Shown here one piece after another: positions 24,961 to 33,748 of a DNA stretch of 35,464 nucleotides. Source of the stretch: Candidatus Dadabacteria bacterium RIFCSPHIGHO2_12_FULL_53_21 (GTDB lineage: Bacteria; Desulfobacterota_D; UBA1144; Nemesobacterales; UBA2774); the NCBI GenBank assembly GCA_001775255.1, contig MFCJ01000073.1, forward strand, positions 1 to 35,464. Direction: 5' to 3'. The notes beneath the pieces were generated by a model that saw nothing but the letters and a program-made list of their open reading frames with translations, was not told the origin of the DNA and made no database searches. Each line of letters begins with the position of its first letter. Position 1 is the first letter of the stretch. Position numbers and translations under genes: made by a program.

Positions 24961-25680
24961 TCAGTATCCGTGGGAGAGTCTTTCGGCAAGGAACCTGTCG
25001 AGTCCGCTGTCTATAATCTTTTTCTGGGCGCCTTCTATGGGATACTCGACCCTCCTGAACTCCGCCTCCCCGCGGTCGTCGTATATCACGAACGATGCCC
25101 GCGGGTCCCTGTCGCGCGGCTGCCCGACGCTTCCGGGATTGACGAGATAGCTCACCCCGTCCAGTAATTGAACCACCTCCGCCCGCGATACGTTAACGCT
25201 GCGGTCTGAGAGAGAATACACAACGCTCACGTGTGTATGGCCGAAGAAGCAGAGGCTCCTATTTTTGAGGAGCGGGAATTCGGGAGCCGCGTCGCGTGCG
25301 GACAAAATATATTTATCCGGGTCCGACGGGGCGCCGTGTACTATCATAAAACCGTCTATCGCATCCTTCTCAGGCAGACTTCTCAGGTATTTCTTGTTCC
25401 CCTCGGTGAGCTTTCCCCTCGTCCAGAGGGCGGCTTCCATCGCGGCCGGGTTGAAGCCTATTGGCTCCGTAATGCCGCACGCTGCTTTATCGTGATTGCC
25501 GATTAATGAGGCGATGTTCCGGCTCTTTATGATTTCGACGCATTCGTTGGGGTTCGCCCCGTACCCCACGATGTCGCCCAGGCAAACAATCCTGTCCGCG
25601 TTACCGCCGTCGATTTCGCCGAGTACGGAAAGGAAGGCCTCCAGGTTCGCATGTATGTCGGAGATAATTGCGTATCTCAA
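24961..25680 (-). CDS. Metallophosphoesterase family protein
   Basis: 239 aa. Motifs SDIHAN, LGDIVGYG, GNHD and GHTH. Confidence 0.8.
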   Translation of the reverse strand: MRYAIISDIHANLEAFLSVLGEIDGGNADRIVCLGDIVGYGANPNECVEIIKSRNIASLIGNHDKAACGITEPIGFNPAAMEAALWTRGKLTEGNKKYLRSLPEKDAIDGFMIVHGAPSDPDKYILSARDAAPEFPLLKNRSLCFFGHTHVSVVYSLSDRSVNVSRAEVVQLLDGVSYLVNPGSVGQPRDRDPRASFVIYDDRGEAEFRRVEYPIEGAQKKIIDSGLDRFLAERLSHGY

Positions 25681-25702
25681 CGTTCGCCTCGGCCCGGAGA
25701 GG

Positions 25703-27037
25703 TTATTCGACCAGCACTATCCCTATGTCCATCACGTTCGTGCCCGTGGGTCCGGTTATGATGAGGTCGCCTAGCTTGTCGAAGAAGTCGTACGAGTTGT
25801 TGAGGGCCAGGTGCTCTCTCGCGCTCACGTTGATGGTCCGGGCCTGGAGCCTGCTCTGCCCGTCGCAGATCGCCCCCGCCGCATCTATCGGGCCGTCTAT
25901 ACCGTCCGTATCGCAGAAGAGCCCCACGATGTCATGCCCTATGATCTCCATACAGAATGACAGGGCGGTTTCCGTGCTCCTGCCCCCTTTTCCCGTACCG
26001 AGGCTGCTTTGGACCGTAACTGTGGTTTCGCCGCCGAATATTACGCAGGACGGTCTCCTGATCGGGTTGCCGAATTTTTCTATATCGAACGCAACCGCCG
26101 CCACTACCTTCGCGACCTCCCTCGCCTCGCCTCTTATCTGCGAAGAAAGCAAGAGTGTGCTATACCCGAGCTCCCCCGCTTTTTTCTCGGCCGCCTTCAG
26201 GGATTTGAAGTTGTTTCCGACGATGATCGTCTGGACGTCTTTCGGGTCGTATTCACCCTCTTTGAGGGTATCGGGAGAGTTCCCGCTCCTCCCCTCCTCG
26301 AGATGTAAGACTACCTGAGGGGGGAGTTTGTGCTCGATGCCGAGGGCCTCTATGACACGCCATGCGTCCTCGAACGTAGTGGGGTCGGGCACCGTGTGTC
26401 CCGACGCTATGGCGTCGAGCCTGTCGCTCACCACATTTGAGAGAATGAGTGTGATGACCTTTGCCGGCAGGGCTTTCTTCAGCAGCCCCCCTCCCTTTAT
26501 CTGCGAGATGTGTTTCCTCACGGCGTTCAGCCCGTATTTGTCCACGCCCGACCTGAGCAGGGTTTCGGTCACCTTCCGCTTGTCATCGAGCGAGATACCG
26601 GGCGAAGGCATTGCAAGCAGCGCGCTGCCGCCCCCTGATATGAGGAATATGACGAGGTCGTTCTCCCCGGCTTTTTCCAGGACCGATACCACTTCCTTCG
26701 CGGCGGTGAGGCTCCTGTCGTCCGGCACGGGGTGGCTCGACAGATAAAATCCGAGCTTCTTGTAAGGGTTCTGCGGCTGGGAGTTCGATACTACTATGCC
26801 TCCCGTAAGCCTGTCCTCGAGCACCTCTTCGACGGCTTCAGCCATGGAGGTTGCGGCCTTGCCGAATGCGACCACATAAATTGACCCGATGTCATTCAGG
26901 TTATATCTCTTGTTGTCTACGGTAAGGACATCCGATTTACGGCTCAGGAATTCGAGGACGCATTTATAAGGATTGGCGGCTTCTACAGCCTCCCAGTACA
27001 TCTTGAGGGCGTTTTCACGCGATTTCTTGAAGTCCAT
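25703..27037 (-). CDS. Glycerate 2-kinase (MOFRL / hydroxypyruvate-reductase-like TtuD family)
   Basis: 444 aa. The overall pattern matches this family: an N-terminal domain with AFGKAA, GGGSALL in the middle, and a C-terminal GGETTV...GKGGR...DTDGIDG block. Confidence 0.8.
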   Translation of the reverse strand: MDFKKSRENALKMYWEAVEAANPYKCVLEFLSRKSDVLTVDNKRYNLNDIGSIYVVAFGKAATSMAEAVEEVLEDRLTGGIVVSNSQPQNPYKKLGFYLSSHPVPDDRSLTAAKEVVSVLEKAGENDLVIFLISGGGSALLAMPSPGISLDDKRKVTETLLRSGVDKYGLNAVRKHISQIKGGGLLKKALPAKVITLILSNVVSDRLDAIASGHTVPDPTTFEDAWRVIEALGIEHKLPPQVVLHLEEGRSGNSPDTLKEGEYDPKDVQTIIVGNNFKSLKAAEKKAGELGYSTLLLSSQIRGEAREVAKVVAAVAFDIEKFGNPIRRPSCVIFGGETTVTVQSSLGTGKGGRSTETALSFCMEIIGHDIVGLFCDTDGIDGPIDAAGAICDGQSRLQARTINVSAREHLALNNSYDFFDKLGDLIITGPTGTNVMDIGIVLVE

Positions 27038-27092
27038 TTCGTTATATTATCTACTGCGGGGAATATCCCGATTCCGACATCCCCGATCGAAT

Positions 27093-27566
27093 TCAGCCTT
27101 TCCGCAGCTCTTCTATCAGCCTGTCGACCTTTTCTTTAGTCAGGTTCTCTTCGAGCTTGTCGTCGACGAGCATCACGGGCGCCGTTCCGCACGACGCCAG
27201 GCACTCCGCTTCCATCAGGGTGATTTTTCCGTCGGTCGTCGTCCCGCCGGTTTTCACGCCGAGCCGTTCGCACATGTGGTGCTCTACGTGCTCCGCCCCT
27301 CTCAAAGCGCAGGACAGGGTGCGGCAGAGCCAGATCACGTGCTCTCCAACCGGTTTTCTAAAGAACATAGTATAGAATGTGGCCACGTTCTGAACGCTCG
27401 AAGGCGGGATGCCGAGTATCCCGGCCGCCTCTTCCATCGATTCGTTCGAAAGGTAGCCGAATTCGTTCTGTATTACTCTCAAAACCGGTATGAGGGCGGA
27501 TTGTCTGGTTTCGGACCCGGATACTATCAAATTTATTCTTTCTCTAAGCGGTTCTGGAAACGGCAT
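27093..27566 (-). CDS. NuoE/HoxE-like thioredoxin-fold [2Fe-2S] protein
   Basis: The Cys pattern CRTLSC...CLASCGTAP and the LIPVLRVIQ block are typical of the 24-kDa subunit family. Start chosen at MPFPEPL (ATG 27566). The tracked ORF extends to 27674. Confidence 0.75.
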   Translation of the reverse strand: MPFPEPLRERINLIVSGSETRQSALIPVLRVIQNEFGYLSNESMEEAAGILGIPPSSVQNVATFYTMFFRKPVGEHVIWLCRTLSCALRGAEHVEHHMCERLGVKTGGTTTDGKITLMEAECLASCGTAPVMLVDDKLEENLTKEKVDRLIEELRKG

Positions 27567-27807
27567 GTCTTCACTGCTCCGAATTAGCTCCGATAATGTT
27601 ACATGGTTTGAACCTCTTCGCAAGAAAAATCTGTCCCCTGCGGTATTCCGCTCATAGCGTCCGGTATTTTTCACGCTGAGCGCGCCCCGCGGGGGATGTG
27701 AGCCATGCCGGAGTTAGGGCGGGTGTGGAAATCCGGCGAGTTTTGGTTAAATTAAAGAGCTTATTTTGAGGGCTTATAATTCTCGCTGGAGTCCGGGAGG
27801 TAATGAG

Positions 27808-28266
27808 ATGCTCAGTATGTTTAAAAAGTTTTTTGAAGGCTCGGGCGCTGATAATAAAGGGGAGGATAAAGACGCCAGACTGAGGACCGCCACGTGCGTC
27901 CTGTTGCTCGAAGCCGCGACGGCCGACGATTCTTTTTCCGACATCGAGCAGAAGAAGGTCGTCGAAATATTGAAATCGAGGTTCGGGATGACCGACGAAG
28001 CCGTAAAGGATCTCATCGACGAATCGAAGAGGGCGAGGCAGAACGAGGCCGACATCTGGTACTTTACTAATCTCATAAATCAAAACCTGTCTAACGAAGA
28101 AAAATACGATATGATGAAAGAGGTCTGGGAGGTAATTTATTCAGACGGCTCTCTGGGTGAGTTTGAAAACTACGTGGCGCAGAAACTATACCGCATGCTG
28201 AATATAGATCATTCAAAATTCATAGAGCTCAAATTGAAGGTTAAAAACGAGATTCAGGGTGCGTAA
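27808..28266 (+). CDS. TerB-family (tellurite-resistance-like) protein
   Basis: Start at MLSMFKKFF (ATG 27808, SD GGGAGG 7 nt upstream). Two TerB-like repeats: LLLEAATADDSFSDIEQKKV and MMKEVWEVIYSDGSLGEFE. Confidence 0.7.
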   Translation: MLSMFKKFFEGSGADNKGEDKDARLRTATCVLLLEAATADDSFSDIEQKKVVEILKSRFGMTDEAVKDLIDESKRARQNEADIWYFTNLINQNLSNEEKYDMMKEVWEVIYSDGSLGEFENYVAQKLYRMLNIDHSKFIELKLKVKNEIQGA

Positions 28267-28298
28267 GCGCATGCCCGGGCAGATAAGTATGGCCGGTA

Positions 28299-28341
28299 CC
28301 CCGACGTTGAGGCTCTAGGCGGCTCGGGGTTAATTTTTTTT
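28299..28341 (+). terminator. Candidate Rho-independent terminator after the TerB-like gene
   Basis: CCCCGA (28299-28304) pairs with TCGGGG (28324-28329), followed by TTAATTTTTTTT. Confidence 0.5.
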
Positions 28342-28421
28342 AATCCGCACAACTTAATCCGCTTCCTAAACCTTAAAGTGACGGATAAAATAGAATATGG
28401 ATAATTCATTCGGAGCTGGCT

Positions 28422-29711
28422 GTGAGTCGATCTAACAACGGAAGACGAGTGGCCATAGTCCACGGACTAAGAACCCCGTTCGTAAAGTGCGGGACGCTCT
28501 TCAGGAATCTCACCTCCCTTGATCTGGGTAAGATAGCGGCTGTCGAGCTGCTTAACAGGACTGAAATAGTTCCGAAGGATATAGACAAGGTATTCATCGG
28601 CAGCGTTATACCGTCCGTCAAAACCCCTAACCTGGCCAGGGAAATCGCGCTCGGTTCGGGCATCCCGGCGACTGTGCCGGCTTTCACCGTGACGAGCGCG
28701 TGCGCATCGGCGATGCAGGCATTCACGAGCGCGGTCGACAGCATCCTGTCCGGGGACTCCGATATAGTGTTGGCGGGCGGAGCCGATACTGTGCACGACT
28801 CGCCTTATCTGGGCGGAAGGGGGACGAGGTCGAGGCTGTATGACTCAATTAATCTAATCGAGAAGGCCATGCCTCTTTTGAAGATGGGCGCAGGCGAGTC
28901 GGCCTTTTCGCTGCCCCTGTTGCCGGAGCGGTATGCCGGATACACACTCGGGGAGTCCGCCGAGAAGCTCGCCCGGAGATATCAGATAGGCAGGGACGAG
29001 CAGGACTCGTTCGCGGTAAGGAGCCACACGCTCGCCTCCAGGGCTCAGACGGAGGGTATATTCGAGGACGAAATAATTCATACGTTCGTGCCGCCTGATT
29101 TTACCGAAATCGTTTCCGCCGATAACAGCGTCAGATATGACATAAGTGTCGAAGCGCTTTCGGGACTTCCTCCCCTTTTCGATAAAGAGTTCGGGACGGT
29201 CACGGACGGCAACTCGGCACCCCTTACGGACGGGGCGTCGGTAATACTGCTCATGTCCGAGGACAAAGCGAGGGCGCTCGGGTATAAACCCATAGCGTAT
29301 GTAAGGTCATACGCCTACGCCGCCGTCGATCCGTCGGATGAGCTGCTGATGGGTCCGGCATACTCGACCCCGGCTGCGCTCGAGCGTGCCGGCATCGGGC
29401 TCGACGAGATAGACCTGGTCGAAATTCACGAACCGTTCTCCTCGCAGGTGATCTCTTACGTGAGGGCGCTCGACTCCAAGGGCTTTGCCAAGGAGAAGCT
29501 AGGCCGGAGCCAGCCCGTGGGGGAGGTCGACATGGAGAAGCTCAACATTTCAGGGGGCTCGATCGCGATCGGACACACGCTCGGCGCAACCGGCGCGAGG
29601 ATAATAATGACGCTCGCCTACAGGATGTCCAAGAGGAAAGGGAATTTCGGGCTCGTCAGCCTCGCTTCGGCGGGCGGCCTCGGGGTCTCGATCGTGCTTG
29701 AAAAGGAATAA
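28422..29711 (+). CDS. FadI-like 3-ketoacyl-CoA thiolase homologue (C-terminal catalytic Cys motif not conserved)
   Basis: 429 aa, GTG start. RVAIVHGLRTPF, nucleophile motif TSACASA, HEPF and GGSIAIGHTLGATG are present. The expected C-terminal Cys motif instead reads LASAGGLG. Confidence 0.85.
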   Translation: MSRSNNGRRVAIVHGLRTPFVKCGTLFRNLTSLDLGKIAAVELLNRTEIVPKDIDKVFIGSVIPSVKTPNLAREIALGSGIPATVPAFTVTSACASAMQAFTSAVDSILSGDSDIVLAGGADTVHDSPYLGGRGTRSRLYDSINLIEKAMPLLKMGAGESAFSLPLLPERYAGYTLGESAEKLARRYQIGRDEQDSFAVRSHTLASRAQTEGIFEDEIIHTFVPPDFTEIVSADNSVRYDISVEALSGLPPLFDKEFGTVTDGNSAPLTDGASVILLMSEDKARALGYKPIAYVRSYAYAAVDPSDELLMGPAYSTPAALERAGIGLDEIDLVEIHEPFSSQVISYVRALDSKGFAKEKLGRSQPVGEVDMEKLNISGGSIAIGHTLGATGARIIMTLAYRMSKRKGNFGLVSLASAGGLGVSIVLEKE

Positions 29712-31873
29712 TGGATATGAGCAGCATTTCCTACACTATAGATAATACGGGCATAGCCGTGGTGACTATAAACACCCCCGGCAGCGCCGTGAACGTTCTC
29801 GATCAGGAGAGTTTCCTGTCTCTCGAAGAATTCCTCAACAAGATCGACAGGGAGTTCGACATGCTCGAGAGCAACGACGAGATAAGGGCCGTCGTTATCG
29901 TAAGCTCCAAGGACGGAAGTTTCATAAACGGGGCCGACCCAGGGGAATACCTCAATTTCACCCTCGCCGACGAAGGCAGGTCGTACAGCCTCAAGGCGCA
30001 GGAAATATCCGAGAAGATAGAGAATTCGAGGGCTCCGTTTGTGGCGGCGATAGGGGGGGCATGTCTCGGTCTCGGCCTGGAGCTGGCCATTGCGTGCAAA
30101 TACAGGGTCGGGGTCAATAACAAGAAAACGGCGCTCGGTCTTAACCAGATCGATTTCGGCATTATCCCCTGCGCCGGGGGGGTGCTGAGGCTCGCGAAGC
30201 TCATAGGGACTAAAGAAACGCTCGACCTGATACTGAGCGCGGAGGTCCTCGATGCCGATCATTCGAAGCAGAAGGGGCTCCTCGATGAGGTCGTGCCGGA
30301 GGAATATCTCCTGAGCATAGCCAAGAAACGCGCGGCCGAATTATCGAGCAAGGAGTTCAAGCCGAGGCGTTTTCGTTTCGGCGGTATGACGAACGTTCTG
30401 ATAAAAGAGAATCCCGTATCCAGAAGGATGTATTTCGACAAAGCAAAGAAGGAGATAAAAGAGAGCCGGGAGTTATACCTTACGGCATCGAGAATGGCGA
30501 TCGAGGCCCTTGAGATCGGCGTCGCGAGCTTCAACAGGGGACTCCACGCGGAATCGGTTTATTTCGGCGAGCTCGCGGTGACGGGATACTCGAGGCAGTT
30601 GATAAGATCGAGCATAGCGATAGATGAGGTCAGGAACGACATCAGGTTTACGAAGGCCGGCCATAAAACAAGGAAGATTGCCGAGAAGATCGCGCTCGTG
30701 GGAGAAGAGACCCACGGGGCGGGAATCGCCTGCCTCGCCGCCGAGAACGGAATCCTCGTAAGGATGAAGAGCAGGGACCTTGCCGGCGCCGCGAAAAATA
30801 TGAAGGCGTGCTTTGATTTCTTTATGGAGAAGGTTGCGAATCACGAAACAGCCGGGCTCGGGGCTGAAAAAAAGCTCGACCTCATAAGCGCGTCCTCCGA
30901 CTACACGGGTTTCAAACGGGCGGATATCGTTATTGAAACGGCGGGGGAGGACCTGGATGTAAAACGCGGGATACTTAAAGACGTGGAGTCCCTTATGGGC
31001 GGGGATTATATATACGTTTCGAATTCATTTGCCCTCCCTGTGGAGTTAATCGCGGGCGCATCGAAGAGGCCCGACAGGGTTGTGGGCATGCGGATCCCCG
31101 GGTCTGTCCACGAGACCGAGCTCATGGAGGTCGCGGTCGCAGAAGGCACGTCTCAGGAAACGGTGGCCGAATTGATCGAATTCGCCAAAAGTCTCGGGAA
31201 AATCCCCCTCGTGGTCAAAAACAAGGCCGGGTTTTATACGACCCGCATTCAGCTGGCATATTTTAACGAAGCGCTTCACCTCCTTGAGGAGGGGATAGGG
31301 GCACAGGACATAGAGGACGCTATGATGCAGTTCGGGTTTCCCGAAGGGCCCCTGAGCGCAATGGACGAAATAGGGCTCGACCTGATCCAAAAGGGCTCTC
31401 AAATCGTCTTCAGGCAGTCGGCCGAGAGGTTGAAGCCCCTCTCGCTGCTCGACAGGATGATAGAAGACGGCAGGACCGGGGTCGGGAGCGGCAGGGGATT
31501 CTACAGATACGGACGGGATGAAAAAAGACTGGACAGGTCTCTCCATAAACTGTTGGCGCTCGAAGAAGGGGATTCGGAAAGCATCTCGCAGGAATACATA
31601 CAGGACCGCCTCGTGCTCGCGATGGTGAATGAGGCGATGCTCTGTCTCCAGGACGAGGTCATAGGGAGCGCCAAGGAAGGGGATGTGGGCGCCCTTCTGG
31701 GTCTCGGCTTCCCGACTTACAGGGGAGGCCCGTTCAGATATGTAGACTCCGCAGGGGCCGGCGAGATATTAAAGAAGCTCCATAACCTGAGCGTAAGATA
31801 CGGCACGCGATATACGCCCCCTGTTATATTGAAGAACGCAGCGGTGGGCGGAAATAAATTTTACGAAAACTGA
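29711..31873 (+). CDS. FadJ/FadB-like fatty-acid-oxidation alpha-subunit homologue (enoyl-CoA hydratase + 3-hydroxyacyl-CoA dehydrogenase folds; several signature residues substituted)
   Basis: 720 aa. The ATG overlaps the upstream stop (TAATG). Crotonase block AAIGGACLGLGLELA. HADH-like blocks VSNSFALP, GMRIPGSVHETELMEV and KAGFYTTR. C-terminal GFPTYRGGPFRY. Confidence 0.85.
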   Translation: MDMSSISYTIDNTGIAVVTINTPGSAVNVLDQESFLSLEEFLNKIDREFDMLESNDEIRAVVIVSSKDGSFINGADPGEYLNFTLADEGRSYSLKAQEISEKIENSRAPFVAAIGGACLGLGLELAIACKYRVGVNNKKTALGLNQIDFGIIPCAGGVLRLAKLIGTKETLDLILSAEVLDADHSKQKGLLDEVVPEEYLLSIAKKRAAELSSKEFKPRRFRFGGMTNVLIKENPVSRRMYFDKAKKEIKESRELYLTASRMAIEALEIGVASFNRGLHAESVYFGELAVTGYSRQLIRSSIAIDEVRNDIRFTKAGHKTRKIAEKIALVGEETHGAGIACLAAENGILVRMKSRDLAGAAKNMKACFDFFMEKVANHETAGLGAEKKLDLISASSDYTGFKRADIVIETAGEDLDVKRGILKDVESLMGGDYIYVSNSFALPVELIAGASKRPDRVVGMRIPGSVHETELMEVAVAEGTSQETVAELIEFAKSLGKIPLVVKNKAGFYTTRIQLAYFNEALHLLEEGIGAQDIEDAMMQFGFPEGPLSAMDEIGLDLIQKGSQIVFRQSAERLKPLSLLDRMIEDGRTGVGSGRGFYRYGRDEKRLDRSLHKLLALEEGDSESISQEYIQDRLVLAMVNEAMLCLQDEVIGSAKEGDVGALLGLGFPTYRGGPFRYVDSAGAGEILKKLHNLSVRYGTRYTPPVILKNAAVGGNKFYEN

Positions 31874-31958
31874 TACACTGGTTATCATTTTTCAACTTCT
31901 GACCTTGACAGATTTCCCGGTATGAAAACCGGGGGCCTGTAGTTATAATTTAACTCTT

Positions 31959-32813
31959 ATGAGTTCGGATAAAATGAAAAAAGGCAGTTATCTAAAACCC
32001 GTTATCCTGGCGCTCTCCGCGCTTGGAATCATTCTTTCCCTATACCTCACATATCTCCATTTTACCGAGAGCCGGGCTGCGTTCTGCGCCGCTGGGACGG
32101 ATTGCGATACGGTCAGGCAGAGCGGCTTCTCCACCATCATGGGAATTCCCATAGCAGCTGTAGGCGTGGCGGGATATTCGGTCATACTCATCGTGTTCCT
32201 GATAAGCATGAAAAAACGGACAAAGTGGCTCCTTCTTTACATACTCGTCCTGGCCGGCTTCGTATTTTCCGCGTACCTCACATACATCGAGCTCTTCGTT
32301 ATCAAAGCGATATGCATGTACTGCATCTTTTCAGCGGTACTGATGACGATTATTTTTATTGCCCTGATCAGGGCCAAATCCGAATACCACCCCAAACTGT
32401 CCGCGTCTTATATCGGGGTCTTGAGCCTTGCCGTCTCCGCTACAGTCATCCTCGGCGCGGCGCTTGTACAGGCTGAAAAGTTAGGCGCGTCCAACTCCCT
32501 TACGTCCGGCATTTCTCAGCCCGCCGGTTCCTTCCAGACCGGACTTGCGATGCACCTGGCAGACCACGGGGCGGTAATGTACGGCTCGTTCAAGTGCCCG
32601 CACTGCAATCAGCAGAAACAAATGTTCGGCGACGCGTTCAGATATATCAAATACGTCGAATGCAACCCGAAGGGGGAAAATGCCAATCCTTCCCTCTGCT
32701 TCGCAAAGGGTATAATGAACTACCCGACGTGGGAGATCGACGGAAAGTTTTACGAGGGCGCCATGCCGCTCGAACAGCTCTCCAAGATTACCGGATACGA
32801 CGGCAAACTCTAG
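31959..32813 (+). CDS. VKOR (vitamin K epoxide reductase)-family membrane protein fused to a thioredoxin-like domain
   Basis: 284 aa. Loop cysteines CAAGTDC, membrane CxxC (CMYC), then a soluble C-terminal domain with CPHC. The start could also be the ATG at 31974. Confidence 0.8.
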   Translation: MSSDKMKKGSYLKPVILALSALGIILSLYLTYLHFTESRAAFCAAGTDCDTVRQSGFSTIMGIPIAAVGVAGYSVILIVFLISMKKRTKWLLLYILVLAGFVFSAYLTYIELFVIKAICMYCIFSAVLMTIIFIALIRAKSEYHPKLSASYIGVLSLAVSATVILGAALVQAEKLGASNSLTSGISQPAGSFQTGLAMHLADHGAVMYGSFKCPHCNQQKQMFGDAFRYIKYVECNPKGENANPSLCFAKGIMNYPTWEIDGKFYEGAMPLEQLSKITGYDGKL

Positions 32814-32885
32814 ATTTAACTTGCCTATCTCATTAAGAAACTCTCCCCTTATCGCTTCGAAAACCTCGTCCGCAGGAAAATATTA

Positions 32886-32932
32886 GTTTAGATTTGCGCC
32901 CAAAGATGTTATTATTATTCATAAATCTAAAC
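32886..32932. repeat. Perfect 10-bp inverted repeat GTTTAGATTT-N27-AAATCTAAAC immediately upstream of the DUF883-like gene
   Basis: Arms at 32886-32895 and 32923-32932. The right arm ends 3 nt before the SD GGAAGG. Confidence 0.8.
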
Positions 32933-32948
32933 GTGGAAGGTGATTCAA

Positions 32949-33242
32949 ATGGGTCAGGAAAACCTTGGGCAGGATTTGGAAGCACTCCGGGAAGACGTTA
33001 CCAAACTGAGGTCCGATCTGTCACAGCTCGCAAAGTCTCTGCTCGATAAAGGGAAGATCGAGACGGATACGGCCAAGGACAGGGTGATGGAGGAGCTTAT
33101 GTCGAACCTCCGCTCGGCGCGCGATAAAAGCAACGAGACGGTCGAGACAGTCGAGCATAAAATCCAGGAAAAGCCTTTAATGAGCCTCCTTATCGCTTTT
33201 CTCGTAGGGCTTGTTCTGGGAAAACTTTTCGAGAGAAGGTAG
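32949..33242 (+). CDS. YqjD/ElaB-like (DUF883) C-tail-anchored membrane protein
   Basis: Charged coiled N-terminal part (LEALREDVTKLRSDLSQLAKSLL) and a single C-terminal TM (PLMSLLIAFLVGLVLGKLF). ATG at 32949 is 8 nt after GGAAGG. The tracked ORF starts at the GTG at 32940. Confidence 0.7.
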   Translation: MGQENLGQDLEALREDVTKLRSDLSQLAKSLLDKGKIETDTAKDRVMEELMSNLRSARDKSNETVETVEHKIQEKPLMSLLIAFLVGLVLGKLFERR

Positions 33243-33253
33243 GTTCCCGCGAT

Positions 33254-33724
33254 TTGAAGGACATAATAAATATAATTTTAAGCTCGGTTAAACCGGATTA
33301 CAGGGCCCTGAGGTCGATACTCTTCAGAGCGCTCGTTGTCCTGCTTGTCCTCTGCGTATCGTCCGTGATAGCCGTAATCGGGCTCGGTTTTTTTGTATGG
33401 TCTCTATACCTCTACCTTGAGACCCTGTTTAGTCCCTATTGGGCAGCGCTCTTGAGCGGGGCGGGGGCAATAGCGCTCGCGGCGGCGATCGTATTGGTCG
33501 CGCTTTTGTTTACAGGTTTTTTCAAGAAGTCGGGGAGAGTCAAACCAAAACCCGAACATGCGGGTACCGGCTTCTCATCCGATCCCATGGGGCTTGGCTA
33601 CAAGTATCCCCTCGAATCGGGCCTTACTGCTGCAATTGCGGGATTCATAGTCGGCTCATCGGCCGATGCGCCCAAGACACTGACGGAATTCATGACGCTG
33701 CTTAAAGAGAGCGGGCTGAAATAG
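33254..33724 (+). CDS. YqjE-like (DUF1469 / holin-X-like) two-TM membrane protein
   Basis: TTG start 11 nt after the previous stop. Two long hydrophobic helices. Its position directly after a DUF883 gene mirrors the E. coli yqjD-yqjE arrangement. The family assignment rests on context and topology only. Confidence 0.5.
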   Translation: MKDIINIILSSVKPDYRALRSILFRALVVLLVLCVSSVIAVIGLGFFVWSLYLYLETLFSPYWAALLSGAGAIALAAAIVLVALLFTGFFKKSGRVKPKPEHAGTGFSSDPMGLGYKYPLESGLTAAIAGFIVGSSADAPKTLTEFMTLLKESGLK

Positions 33725-33748
33725 CACCCTCTATCCGCTGATTTTCAT

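Noticed and set aside
27685-27694. 10-nt perfect palindrome CCCCGCGGGG in the nuoE-like / terB divergent spacer
   Set aside because: It is too short and occurs only once. It could be chance in a GC patch, and there is no flanking half-site structure.
27652-28083. 143-aa reverse-strand ORF
   Set aside because: It overlaps the TerB-like gene, which has a good SD and family motifs. It also spans the intergenic promoter region.
31905-31949. Perfect TTGACA and TATAAT hexamers upstream of the VKOR gene
   Set aside because: They are 33 nt apart, far from the 16-18 nt needed for one sigma70 promoter. A small CCCGG-N8-CCGGG hairpin (31916-31933) lies between them. Each hexamer may belong to something else, but I cannot support a call.
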